A DNA stretch of 32,000 bases from Candidatus Iainarchaeum sp. (GTDB lineage Archaea > Iainarchaeota > Iainarchaeia > Iainarchaeales > JACQJH01), in the NCBI GenBank assembly GCA_016205145.1, contig JACQJH010000001.1, positions 330,001 to 362,000 on the forward strand. Reading direction: 5' to 3'. Below, in pieces: positions 23,937 to 32,000 of this stretch (position 1 is its first letter; every line of letters starts with the position of its first letter). Made by a program: the position numbers and the translations under genes. Below the pieces are notes generated by a model. It saw only the letters and a program-made list of their open reading frames with translations, had not been told where the DNA came from and searched no databases.

Positions 23937-25051
23937 TATTTTTTCACCACTGCTTCGAGTCCGCGTTTTATTTTTGCGCCTATTTTTTCGCTTGAGAATT
24001 TTTCCTCAAACGTCCTGCGCGCGTTCCCGGCAATTTTTTCCGCGAGCGCGGGATCGTTTTTCAGCCTTCTCACGGCATCCGCAATCTGCCCAGCATTTCC
24101 TTTGTCGACAAGCAATGCGTTTTTTGCATCCGCCAGCACGCCGGAAACCGCGTCGGAACGCATCGTTATGAGCGGCTTTGCCATTGCCATTGCCTCGAAA
24201 ACCTTGTTGGGTATGACGCGCCGGGCTTTCGGGGTTTCACCGAAAATGCCCAAACAAGCATCGGCTTCCGAAATTTTTCGCGCTAATTCCTGCAATGGCA
24301 CCGCTTCCGAGAACTTTGCGTTTGCGGGCCGCCCCTTCCTGTCCCGTTCCTCCCTGAAGAACAGGTTTGCGCCCACGAATTCGAATTCAATGTCCTTGTC
24401 GCCTTCAAGAATCCTCGCCGCCTCGACTATATGCGGAAAGCCGTGCATCGGAGTGACGTTGCCGTAAAACAAGACCCTGAATTTTTTGCCCCGCACGCTT
24501 CTGCGCTTTGCCGCCGGCTTGAACGCAGATTCATTTGCGCCGACGAAAAACCATGAAAGCTTTTTTTCCGGAACCGAAAATTCTTTTGCGATGAACTGCG
24601 CGTGCTGTGCAGTGTCGAGAAAAACCCTGTCGGCAAGCCTGCAGGCAAGGGCATCGATGGAGTGCAGGAGCCTTGCGTGGAATGATTTGCGGGAAAACTG
24701 CTTCATGCCGTGCTTTTCGATGAGGCGTTTAGACTGCTGCGCACCGCCTTCGATTAAGCCGTATTCGGTTTCCGCGTCGAATTTTGAAATGAACAGGTCG
24801 AATGCCAGCGGCTTCCTTTTCAGCATGCACACCGCCTTCGCCGCAAGCATGTCAAGATGCCCCGGATAGCACACCCACATTATGTCGAAGTCGCATTTCA
24901 TTCCCGCAAAAAAAAGCCTTACTGCGCTGAAAGGGAATTTTTTTTCCCGCGCATTGCATTCAACGGTTTCCGAAAAGGTTTTGATGGCGGCGATTGCGGA
25001 TGCGTTTCTCGCATAGTCCCTGTCATAGCTTCCGAAGAGGCATACTTTCAT
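23936..25051 (-). CDS. Family 1 (GT4-type) glycosyltransferase
   Basis: C-terminal GT-B motifs are present: FYGNVTPMHG, ADACLGIFG and VIPNKVFEAMAMAKPLIT. The start is preferred at ATG 25051 (MKVCLFGSYD), because AATATATT at 25083-25090 would then be a TATA box. ATG 25081 is the alternative. Confidence 0.8.
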   Translation of the reverse strand: MKVCLFGSYDRDYARNASAIAAIKTFSETVECNAREKKFPFSAVRLFFAGMKCDFDIMWVCYPGHLDMLAAKAVCMLKRKPLAFDLFISKFDAETEYGLIEGGAQQSKRLIEKHGMKQFSRKSFHARLLHSIDALACRLADRVFLDTAQHAQFIAKEFSVPEKKLSWFFVGANESAFKPAAKRRSVRGKKFRVLFYGNVTPMHGFPHIVEAARILEGDKDIEFEFVGANLFFREERDRKGRPANAKFSEAVPLQELARKISEADACLGIFGETPKARRVIPNKVFEAMAMAKPLITMRSDAVSGVLADAKNALLVDKGNAGQIADAVRRLKNDPALAEKIAGNARRTFEEKFSSEKIGAKIKRGLEAVVKK

Positions 25052-25172
25052 TTTATCAAACCTTTTTTGGGCCGTGCGCATAATATATTCGGCTTGGCGG
25101 ATTGCCTGAATTATTGTGCCTTCAACTATATTTTAATAAGTTAGCCTGCCAATTTCTTTTGGTGCAATTCTC

Positions 25173-25637
25173 GTGGAAATGATTGAAGGCGTTGCCGTGA
25201 AGCAGTTGAAGCGGATTTCCGATTACCGCGGCTTCCTCATGGAAATCATGCGCCCCGACTGGCCTGAGTTCAAGAAGTTCGGGCAGGTTTACATGACCGC
25301 GTGCAATCCGGGCGTTGCAAAGGGCTGGCATTACCACAAGAAGCAGACGGACAGCTTCTGCGTTGTGAAAGGCGTTGCGAGGATTGTCCTTTACGACATG
25401 CGCAAGAACTCGAAGACTTTCGGCAAAATAAACGAGTTCATTGTATCGGCCGAGGAGCCCAGGCTCATCCAGATTCCCGCTTTCGTCTGCCACGGCTTCT
25501 GCGCTGAAGGAAAAGAAGAGGCGTTCATTGTCAATGTGCCGAGCGAAACCTACAACTACAAGGAGCCGGACGAGCACAGGTTTCCATTTGATTCGCCCGA
25601 AATACCATATAAATGGAACGTTGCAAAGGGCGGCTGA
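25173..25637 (+). CDS. rmlC: dTDP-4-dehydrorhamnose 3,5-epimerase-like cupin (short RmlC family)
   Basis: KGWHYHKKQTD....VKGVARIVLYDMRKNSKTFGK...........IQIPAFVCHGF follows the RmlC pattern (RGLHYQ...DxRxxSxTFG...IPxGxxHGF). The start is GTG 25173 or ATG 25179. Confidence 0.7.
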   Translation: MEMIEGVAVKQLKRISDYRGFLMEIMRPDWPEFKKFGQVYMTACNPGVAKGWHYHKKQTDSFCVVKGVARIVLYDMRKNSKTFGKINEFIVSAEEPRLIQIPAFVCHGFCAEGKEEAFIVNVPSETYNYKEPDEHRFPFDSPEIPYKWNVAKGG

Positions 25638-25655
25638 ACCTACAGGTTTTTTTTA

Positions 25656-26519
25656 ATGTCATCCGTTCTCGTTGTCGGCAGGGGCTTTCTCGGGGAAAAG
25701 CTTTTGACGGTTTTTTCGGCGGAAGGATTTGAAACGCACTGCGCGTCAATCGGCACGGAAAGCGAATTTGCGCTTGACATCGCGGACCGCAAAAGGGTTT
25801 TTTCGTGCCTTGAAAGGTTTGCGCCTGAAACGGTTTTTTTGTGCGCCTCCCTGACGAACGTTGACGCGTGCGAGGCCGATCCTGCAAAAGCCGCGGGTGT
25901 GAATGTTCTGGGCGCGAAAAACGTCTTGGACGCGTGCATCGAATTCAATGCGCGGCCGGTTTTTTTTTCGACCGATTTTGTTTTCGACGGCGAAAAAGGC
26001 GATTACAGGGAAAACGATTTGCCGAACCCTTTGAACGTTTACGGGAAGACGAAGCTTGAGGCGGAAAGGCTTTTCCTGAAGCGGGCCGATGCACTGGTTC
26101 TGCGCATTTCAAGCCTTTACGGCCGCAACTCGGAAAACGACAAGCAGACGTTCCTCAACTGGGTTTTAGGCAGCCTTTCCGCCGGCAAAAGCGTTCCGGT
26201 TTTCACTGACCAGAAAACCTCTCCGGCCCTGATCGACGACATTGCAGGCGCGTGCCTGAAGCTTTTGGACAGGGACGCGCATGGCCTGTTCCATTGCACC
26301 GGCAGTGAGGCGGTTTCGCGTTTCGGTTTCGCGGAAAAAGCCGCGGAAGTTTTCGGCCTGGACAAAAGCCTGCTCCGCTCGGTCTCCTCGGATGAAGTCT
26401 GGCAGGCCGCGAAAAGGCCCCGTGATTCCAGCCTGTGCATAAAAAAGCTTGAAGGAAAAGGCGTTGCAATGTCAGACGTTTCGCAGGGCCTTGAAAAAGT
26501 GAAACGCGGTTTTGCCTGA
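25656..26519 (+). CDS. rmlD: dTDP-4-dehydrorhamnose reductase
   Basis: The match rests on VFFSTDFVFDG, NVYGKTKLEAE (YxxxK), LRISSLYG, SP.LIDD.A and position immediately after the rmlC-like gene. Confidence 0.85.
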   Translation: MSSVLVVGRGFLGEKLLTVFSAEGFETHCASIGTESEFALDIADRKRVFSCLERFAPETVFLCASLTNVDACEADPAKAAGVNVLGAKNVLDACIEFNARPVFFSTDFVFDGEKGDYRENDLPNPLNVYGKTKLEAERLFLKRADALVLRISSLYGRNSENDKQTFLNWVLGSLSAGKSVPVFTDQKTSPALIDDIAGACLKLLDRDAHGLFHCTGSEAVSRFGFAEKAAEVFGLDKSLLRSVSSDEVWQAAKRPRDSSLCIKKLEGKGVAMSDVSQGLEKVKRGFA

Positions 26520-26546
26520 TTGCCCTCACCCAAAACTTAATATTGC

Positions 26547-27050
26547 ATGGTGCGCTATTTTTTCCATATGCGAAGCGAAGGCGGTTCTGCAGGAAGGCGC
26601 GGGCCGGGGCCTGCGGGAGAACAAGGCCGTGAAAGGAATGTTCTTTTTCCGGGCTTGCGCAGGTGGCTCCGCAATTTCCGTGGCAGGAAGGCACAGGTTG
26701 ACCGGCTGGTCGACCTGCTTCAAAACAGGCAGGCCGGCAGGGCGGCCTTTTTTGATGACTTTGCGGGAGTTTTCCGCCGTTTGGAGGGGCGTTCCGGCCA
26801 GGCTTTCAAATTCACCCGGCTTTTGCGCGATCACGAGATTTTCGGCTGTGTTGCGCCTGACGGAAAGAGGCTGATAGTTTTTCCGGACGGGGAATTCACA
26901 AATGCGGAAATGAACGGCTTGGCGGCAGAACTTGCGGCAGTATCCGGGGAAGAAAATTTGCAAGCCGACATAAGGTTTACGACCGTTTCGCGCCTGAAAC
27001 GCAAAATCGCGGGCGACTTGAGGGCATGGGAGCGCCATTTGCTCGGCTGA
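26547..27050 (+). CDS. Hypothetical protein (orphan; start uncertain)
   Basis: The C-terminal two-thirds look protein-like (VDRLVDLLQNRQAGRAAFFDDFAGVFRRLEG...LIVFPDGEFTNAEMNGLAAELAAV...). The N-terminal ~45 codons are Gly/Arg-rich and GC-rich. A T7 run follows the stop. No family was recognised. Confidence 0.35.
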   Translation: MVRYFFHMRSEGGSAGRRGPGPAGEQGRERNVLFPGLRRWLRNFRGRKAQVDRLVDLLQNRQAGRAAFFDDFAGVFRRLEGRSGQAFKFTRLLRDHEIFGCVAPDGKRLIVFPDGEFTNAEMNGLAAELAAVSGEENLQADIRFTTVSRLKRKIAGDLRAWERHLLG

Positions 27051-27059
27051 CCATTTTTT

Positions 27060-27872
27060 TCAAAGCAGTATTTCCGCTTTCCTTAAGTCCTCGCGCGAGT
27101 TCACGTTCAGGTAGACGCCCTGGAAAGGGTAGCCGAACAGCAGCCGTTTTTCCGCAAGCTTGGGAAACAAATCCCGCTCGATGTTCTCCATGTTCCTTGA
27201 AACGTATTTGAAGATTTCCGGCTCGAAAATGAAGTAGCCTGCGTTGACGAGATAGCTTTGCACGTTTTTTGTCGGCTTCTGCACGAAGTCGACTATGTTG
27301 TTTCCTTCAAGCGTCGCAACCCCGTACTTTTTCGGGTTGCTCACTGTTGTGAGGGCAACGGTTGCGATCGCCTTGTTCTTTCGGTGGAACGAAAGCATGT
27401 CGTTGAGGTTGATTGAGGTTATGGTGTCGCCGTATGCCACCAGAAAAGTGTCCTTCAGCCTTGCCTTTGCCTTGAGCAAAGGGCTTATGGTTCCGGTCGG
27501 CCTGTCGCCTTCGATGAAGTCCACTGCGTAAGGCGGGCTTTTCGCCCTGATGCCTGAAATGATTTCCTCGGCATTGCTGTCAACGTAGACCAGGAAATTG
27601 TTGACGTTGAATTCGTGGATGGAGTCCATTACCGTCTGGAGCAGGGCCTTGTCGTTTATTTTTTCGAGGAATTTCGGCCTGCCGTTCCACAGCAGTTCGC
27701 TTTTCCTTCCGCCCGCGAGCACAAGCGCCTGGCTGAGCCTGAAGTCGGAGAGGATCTTGCTTAGAAGGCTTTCCATTGCCTGGCTCCGGCTCCTGATGCT
27801 TGTGCCGTCCACAAGCCTGTCGACCTGCTCAAGCAGGTCCTTCTTGATAGTTATGGTCGCCCTGACTCTCAT
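27060..27872 (-). CDS. Fusion of an N-terminal ribbon-helix-helix (CopG/NikR-like) DNA-binding domain with a sugar-phosphate nucleotidyltransferase-like domain
   Basis: Residues 1-45, MRVRATITIKKDLLEQVDRLVDGTSIRSRSQAMESLLSKIL, give the classic RHH beta-alpha-alpha pattern. The rest is NTP_transferase-like (VAYGDTITSINLNDMLSFHRKNKAIATVALT...KKYGVATLEGNNIVDFVQKP...LVNAGYFIFEPEIF). The P-loop-like signature is a variant, LAGGRKSEL. Confidence 0.7.
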   Translation of the reverse strand: MRVRATITIKKDLLEQVDRLVDGTSIRSRSQAMESLLSKILSDFRLSQALVLAGGRKSELLWNGRPKFLEKINDKALLQTVMDSIHEFNVNNFLVYVDSNAEEIISGIRAKSPPYAVDFIEGDRPTGTISPLLKAKARLKDTFLVAYGDTITSINLNDMLSFHRKNKAIATVALTTVSNPKKYGVATLEGNNIVDFVQKPTKNVQSYLVNAGYFIFEPEIFKYVSRNMENIERDLFPKLAEKRLLFGYPFQGVYLNVNSREDLRKAEILL

Positions 27873-27990
27873 GCCATCAAGCCCCAGAAATATTTGATGC
27901 TGACTCGGCGGCCTGCGTCAGCAGGCTGCCTTGGTTCCGGACCAGCCGGACGGAAGCGGCTGACGGCGGTTGGTGCGGTTTTCGCCTTTT

Positions 27991-28026
27991 TCATATTGTA
28001 TCATATATCATATGAGCCAATCATAC
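27991..28026. promoter_or_regulatory. Cluster of four TCATA(T/C) repeats upstream of ugd (candidate operator)
   Basis: TCATAT occurs at 27991, 28001 and 28008, and TCATAC at 28021. The cluster lies just upstream of TATA-like CTTTTAATGG (28026-28035) and GTTTATAT (28055-28062) and of the ugd ATG at 28081. It sits in the divergent intergenic region shared with the RHH-fusion gene. Confidence 0.35.
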
Positions 28027-28080
28027 TTTTAATGGTTTGCCGGGCACATTATTGTTTATATTCCTTGCGTTGCCTGTTTT

Positions 28081-29406
28081 ATGAAAAAGGTGTGTTGTTT
28101 GGCGAATGTGAAGAACGTGTGCGTTGTGGGAACGGGTTACGTCGGTTTGGTTGCGGGCGCCTGCTTCGCCGACATGGGCCACAACGTAACGTGCGTCGAC
28201 ATAGACGAGAGGAAGATTTCGATGCTCAGGGCCGGCAAAATCCCGATTTTCGAGCCGGGCCTCGGGGAACTTGTCAGGAGAAATTCCGCCAACGGGAGGC
28301 TTTCGTTCACGACAAGCCTGCCTGAAGCGGTCGGCAAATGCGCCATCATTTTCATTGCCGTCGGCACGCCTCCCAAGGAGGATGGCACCGCCGACCTGTC
28401 TTTCGTGCGCGCGGTTGCGAAGGAAATAGCCTTGTCAGCGAAGGAGCCGAAAATCGTGGTTGAAAAGTCCACGGTTCCGGTTGAAACCGGCGAGATGGTC
28501 CTTGAAATCCTGGCCGCGAACTCGCACGGCAATGTTTCGTTCGAGGTCGTTTCCAACCCGGAATTTTTGCGCGAGGGCTCCGCTGTCGGCGATTTCATGA
28601 AGCCCGACAGGATTGTCGTTGGCACGGATTCTGAGCATGCGCGGAAGGAGCTGGGGGAATTGTACGCTCCGCTCAAGGCAAAAATCCTGTTCACCGACAT
28701 AAAGAGCGCGGAAATAATCAAGCATGCCGCCAACTCGTTCCTTGCCACGAAGATTTCGTTCATCAATTCGGTTGCAATGCTTTCCGAGGCCGTCGGCGCC
28801 GACATAAAGCTTATCGCGGAAGGCGTCGGCCTGGACAGCCGCATCGGCCCCAAGTTCCTGAACGCGGGCATAGGCTACGGGGGCAGCTGTTTTCCAAAGG
28901 ACGTTTCGGCGTTCATCCAGATAGCGGACAGGCATGGCGTAAATTTTTCAATACTCAAGGAAGTGGAAAACGTAAACAAGGGGCTGAGGCCGCTTTTCGT
29001 CGGGAAAATCGAAAAGGCGGTCGGAGGGGTCAAGGGCAAAAAAATAGCTGTCTTGGGCCTTGCCTTCAAGCCGGACACTGATGACATGCGCGAGGCCCCG
29101 AGCGTGGACATAATCAGCGCTCTCGCTGAAAAGGGCGCCAGGGTTTTTGCATTCGATCCAGAGGCGGAAGAGCGCGCAAAAAGCCTTATAAGTTCCGGCA
29201 ATGTTTCGTATTGCGGCAACGAGTTTGACGCGATTCAGGATGCGGACGCGCTTGTAATCCTTACGGAATGGCCGCAGTTTGCAAAACTCGACCTGGCCAG
29301 GGTCAAGTCTGCCTTGAAATCGCCGGTAGTGATTGATGGCAGGAACATCTTCGAAAAGGCGGAGATGGCAAGGCGCGGTTTCACTTACGTTTCAATCGGA
29401 AGGTAA
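28081..29406 (+). CDS. ugd: UDP-glucose 6-dehydrogenase
   Basis: VCVVGTGYVGLV, FIAVGTP, EKSTVPV, NPEFLREG, GIGYGGSCFPKD (catalytic Cys) and LGLAFKPDTDDMREAP are all canonical. A GTG at 28108 (MKNVCVVGTGYVG) is an alternative start. Confidence 0.92.
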   Translation: MKKVCCLANVKNVCVVGTGYVGLVAGACFADMGHNVTCVDIDERKISMLRAGKIPIFEPGLGELVRRNSANGRLSFTTSLPEAVGKCAIIFIAVGTPPKEDGTADLSFVRAVAKEIALSAKEPKIVVEKSTVPVETGEMVLEILAANSHGNVSFEVVSNPEFLREGSAVGDFMKPDRIVVGTDSEHARKELGELYAPLKAKILFTDIKSAEIIKHAANSFLATKISFINSVAMLSEAVGADIKLIAEGVGLDSRIGPKFLNAGIGYGGSCFPKDVSAFIQIADRHGVNFSILKEVENVNKGLRPLFVGKIEKAVGGVKGKKIAVLGLAFKPDTDDMREAPSVDIISALAEKGARVFAFDPEAEERAKSLISSGNVSYCGNEFDAIQDADALVILTEWPQFAKLDLARVKSALKSPVVIDGRNIFEKAEMARRGFTYVSIGR

Positions 29407-29412
29407 ATTCCA

Positions 29413-30270
29413 ATGCCTGTGAAAAAAGCCGTCATTCTCGCAGCCGGCCTGGGTTCGAGGCTTTTGCCCGCCACAAAGGCTGTTTCAAAGCCCCTTCTCC
29501 CGGTTGTCGACAAGCCGGGCATACAATACCTTGTCGAGGAACTCGCGGAAGCCGGAATCAAAGACATCTGCGTTGTCGTCAACAAGGGCGAAGCGCAGGT
29601 GCAGCAGCATTTCGCGAAGAATCCGCGCCTCAACAAACTGCTTGAAAGCGCGGGCAAGCATGACTGCGTGAAGGATTTTGAGCGCATTGAATCGCTCGCT
29701 CGCCTCGTTTTCGTGGAACAGCCCAAACCTTCCGGTCCCGGGGACGCGGTCCTGCTTGCAAAACATTTTGTCGGCGGAGACGCGTTTGTCCTGCTTTATT
29801 CAGACGACGTTGTCCTCTCAAGGGTTTCCGCGACAAGACAGCTCATTCGCGCGTTTGAAAAGTGCAACGCGAGCGTCGTGGCCGTTTCAAAAGTGCCGCG
29901 TGAAGAAGTGGTGCATTTCGGCGTCGTGAAAACATCTTCCCCGGAAAGGCTGTCACGCGTCGAAAAAATCGTTGAAAAGCCCAAGCTGTCGGACGCGCCC
30001 TCCGACCTCGCGGTTGTGGGCAGGTATCTGCTCACGCCGGAAGTGATCGGCATACTTGAAAAAACGCCTCTTGCGGGAAAAGAGCTTTTCGTGACCGACG
30101 CCCTTGAGTCGCTTGCCTCCGCCAAAAAGCTTTTTGCTTTGGAGCTTGACGGCAAATGGCTGACCACCGGAAAAAAACTCGATTATGTCAAGACAGTCGT
30201 CGAGTTCGCCCTATTGCGCGAGGACATCGGGCCGGAGTTCAGGGCTTACCTTAAAAAATTGCTTGAATGA
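29413..30270 (+). CDS. galU: UTP--glucose-1-phosphate uridylyltransferase
   Basis: KAVILAAGLGSRLLPATKAVSKPLLPVVDKPGIQYLVEE, EQPKPSGPGDAV, VEKPK and VVGRYLLTPE match the family. The gene starts 7 nt after ugd. Confidence 0.88.
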   Translation: MPVKKAVILAAGLGSRLLPATKAVSKPLLPVVDKPGIQYLVEELAEAGIKDICVVVNKGEAQVQQHFAKNPRLNKLLESAGKHDCVKDFERIESLARLVFVEQPKPSGPGDAVLLAKHFVGGDAFVLLYSDDVVLSRVSATRQLIRAFEKCNASVVAVSKVPREEVVHFGVVKTSSPERLSRVEKIVEKPKLSDAPSDLAVVGRYLLTPEVIGILEKTPLAGKELFVTDALESLASAKKLFALELDGKWLTTGKKLDYVKTVVEFALLREDIGPEFRAYLKKLLE

Positions 30271-30288
30271 TTTTTTTGTGGTCGGTCT

Positions 30289-31221
30289 GTGATGGAATCT
30301 GTTGTTGTAACGGGCGGTTCGGGCTTCATCGGTTCGCATCTCTGCGACCTTCTGCTTGGAAAAGGCCACAGGGTTTTCTGCGCCGACAATTTCTGCACGG
30401 GGCAGAAAAAAAACGTGGCGCACCTTCTGGAGAACAGGAATTTTTCCCTGATTGAGCACGACATTGCAGTGCCACTGCGCCTTGATGAAAAAATCGGCAA
30501 GGTTTTCAATCTCGCCTCGCCTGCATCGCCCGCGGATTTCGAAAAAATTCCCTTTGAAATCATCCGCACGAACACGGATGGCGTGAGGAACATGCTTGAG
30601 TTCGCGAAAAAAAACAACGCGGTTTTCCTTCAGGCATCGACTTCCGAGGTTTATGGGGAGCCGCTGGAGCACCCGCAGAGGGAATCCTACAACGGCAATG
30701 TTTCAATGCTGGGCGAAAGGGCGTGCTATGACGAGTCCAAGCGCCTTGCCGAAACCATTGTCAGCCTTTACCGCAGGAAACATGGAGTGGACGCGAAAAT
30801 CATCCGCATTTTCAACACTTACGGGCCGCGCATGAGGGAAAACGACGGCCGCGTCATACCGAATTTCATTCCAAGCGCCCTCGCGGGAAAACCCATAACG
30901 GTTTACGGCAACGGCTCGCAGACAAGGTCGTTCTGCTATGTTTCGGATCTGGTTGCAGGCATTCATGCCATGATGGATTCCAAGGCGCCCGGGCCCGTCA
31001 ATCTCGGCAACCCGCAGGAAATAACCGTCAAGGCGCTTGCGGAAAAAATTGTTGCGCTCACCGGCTCGAAATCGAGGATAGTTTTCAAACCGCTTCCGCA
31101 GGACGACCCCACAAGGCGGAAGCCCGACATTTCCCTTGCGAAAAAAGCGCTGGGCTGGGAACCGAAAGTTTCATTGGACGATGGCCTGAAAAAAACCATT
31201 GATTATTTTGCGGGCAGGTGA
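30289..31221 (+). CDS. uxs: UDP-glucuronate decarboxylase (UDP-xylose synthase), SDR family
   Basis: VTGGSGFIGSHLCD, DNFCTGQKKNV, ASTSEVYGEPLEHPQRESY, YDESKR, IFNTYGPRM..NDGRVIPNF, GNGSQTRSFCYVSDLV and PQDDPTRRKPDISLAKK.LGWEPKV give a very close UXS pattern. Confidence 0.9.
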   Translation: MMESVVVTGGSGFIGSHLCDLLLGKGHRVFCADNFCTGQKKNVAHLLENRNFSLIEHDIAVPLRLDEKIGKVFNLASPASPADFEKIPFEIIRTNTDGVRNMLEFAKKNNAVFLQASTSEVYGEPLEHPQRESYNGNVSMLGERACYDESKRLAETIVSLYRRKHGVDAKIIRIFNTYGPRMRENDGRVIPNFIPSALAGKPITVYGNGSQTRSFCYVSDLVAGIHAMMDSKAPGPVNLGNPQEITVKALAEKIVALTGSKSRIVFKPLPQDDPTRRKPDISLAKKALGWEPKVSLDDGLKKTIDYFAGR

Positions 31222-31225
31222 GGCG

Positions 31226-32000
31226 ATGGCACTGCTGAAAACCGTGAAGGAAAACTTTGTTTTCGCGGTCCTTTTCCTGCAGGCCGCAATGTTCCTGTTT
31301 GGCTTCCTGGTGGTCCCGCATTCCGCTTACTCCATCGGAGATTCAAAGCATTACCTTCTCCAGATAGGCGATTTTTCGCGTTTCAATGCTCCGTCAGGCA
31401 ACAAGTTTCCGCTGTTTCCTGCGCTTGCCGCCATTCCGAATGTTTTGCTTGGCAATCCGGTTGCCTCCGCATTGCTCGTGCAGTTCCTTGCCTCGACCCT
31501 TGCACTGCTCGCGTTTTATTTCTGGACCGGCTCGAAAAGGCTCACGCTCGCATTCATGTTCTTCCCGCAGTTCATACTGTTCTCTCACGGCGTTTACTCC
31601 GAACCATTGTTCCTGCTGTTTGAAATCCTGGCCTTGTGGCTTTATTCGCAGGCCAGGCTTGCAAAGTCCTTTTTGATGCAGGGCGTTTCAATTCTCGCGC
31701 GCGGCACGGGCTTTTTCCTTTCCGCCGCGCTCGCCTTTTCAATGTTCCTGCAGCGCCGCAGGCTTTCAGACGCAAAATTCCTGCTTCTGCCTGCGGCGGG
31801 CGCGCTGCTGCTCTCAGCATACTATGCGGTTTTCTTTTCCGACCCATTCCAGCCGCTGGGCATTTTTTTGAGGGGCGGAGGCCTGCAGTTCTCTGTTCCC
31901 GCGATGAGCCTGAAAGAGCTTTTCGTTTCGGGCGCCGCAATTTTCCTTTTCATTGCGACAACGCTTTTCGCGTGGCTGCGCTTCAGGCAAAAACAGTCCG
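31226..32000 (+). CDS. Polytopic membrane protein, GT-C/ArnT/PMT_2-like glycosyltransferase candidate; the 3' end lies outside the window
   Basis: It is absent from the ORF track because it has no stop inside the window. By hand translation, ATG 31226 (4 nt after the uxs stop) opens a frame free of stops to base 32000. It encodes at least 7 hydrophobic helices (MALLKTVKENFVFAVLFLQAAMFLFGFLVV...YSEPLFLLFEILALWLYSQ...). Confidence 0.6.
   Translation, partial: MALLKTVKENFVFAVLFLQAAMFLFGFLVVPHSAYSIGDSKHYLLQIGDFSRFNAPSGNKFPLFPALAAIPNVLLGNPVASALLVQFLASTLALLAFYFWTGSKRLTLAFMFFPQFILFSHGVYSEPLFLLFEILALWLYSQARLAKSFLMQGVSILARGTGFFLSAALAFSMFLQRRRLSDAKFLLLPAAGALLLSAYYAVFFSDPFQPLGIFLRGGGLQFSVPAMSLKELFVSGAAIFLFIATTLFAWLRFRQKQS

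Noticed and set aside
23556-24467. 303-aa plus-strand ORF. The 244-aa minus-strand ORF at 28137-28871 was treated the same way.
   Set aside because: They are antisense to the nucleotidyltransferase/GT4 genes and to ugd respectively. They have low-complexity translations and no motifs.
26526-27038. 170-aa minus-strand ORF as the real gene in the 26520-27059 gap
   Set aside because: Its translation (Cys/Arg/Pro/Phe-rich) looks less protein-like than the plus-strand frame. Neither frame is convincing, so the plus-strand ORF is reported only at low confidence. The region may be a decayed gene.
1-32000. CRISPR arrays, rRNA genes, additional tRNAs, and transposase or integrase genes
   Set aside because: No regularly spaced direct repeats were seen. 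The only TTCGAAT T-loop with a foldable cloverleaf is tRNA-Gln; a TTCGAATCC at about 7800 lies inside a coding region and does not fold. No ORF resembles a transposase, integrase or Cas protein.

Overview
This window looks like an archaeal chromosome segment with about 50% GC. The evidence is archaeal-type CTP-dependent riboflavin kinase and riboflavin synthase, a PAC2 proteasome-chaperone homologue, a geranylgeranyl reductase, TATA-like boxes 20-35 nt upstream of starts, and T-run terminators. The small genes, giant surface protein and heavy investment in surface and glycan functions fit a DPANN-like lineage, but that is only a guess. All product calls come from motif recognition by eye; no database search was run. 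In order, the window holds: the 3' end of a surface protein; ribK-ribC-ribH; a coiled-coil protein plus PAC2; a minimal type-IV-pilus/Tad-like operon (ATPase plus two split T2SS-F membrane proteins); a methyltransferase; a surface protein of about 1290 aa; a PIIA-type P-type ATPase; a second methyltransferase; a Doc/Fic toxin cassette between an intact DUF192 gene and a duplicated 3' fragment of that gene; uppS; tRNA-Gln(CUG); two co-translated secreted proteins; GGR; and a long glycan block. The glycan block contains a methyltransferase, a DUF1616-like protein, a sugar nucleotidyltransferase, GT4, rmlC, rmlD, an RHH-nucleotidyltransferase fusion, ugd-galU-uxs and a GT-C-like membrane protein that runs off the window. 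The observations most worth a second look are: (1) a structured intergenic repeat with two copies, one fused to the 3' end of tRNA-Gln, whose hairpins are kept by compensatory base changes; (2) the Doc cassette flanked by an 84-nt duplication with a 51-nt perfect core; (3) the RHH-nucleotidyltransferase fusion divergent from the UDP-xylose operon, with TCATAT repeats between them; (4) about 60 D-x-N tripeptides in the giant surface protein; (5) an orphan hairpin plus T7 terminator with no gene upstream.
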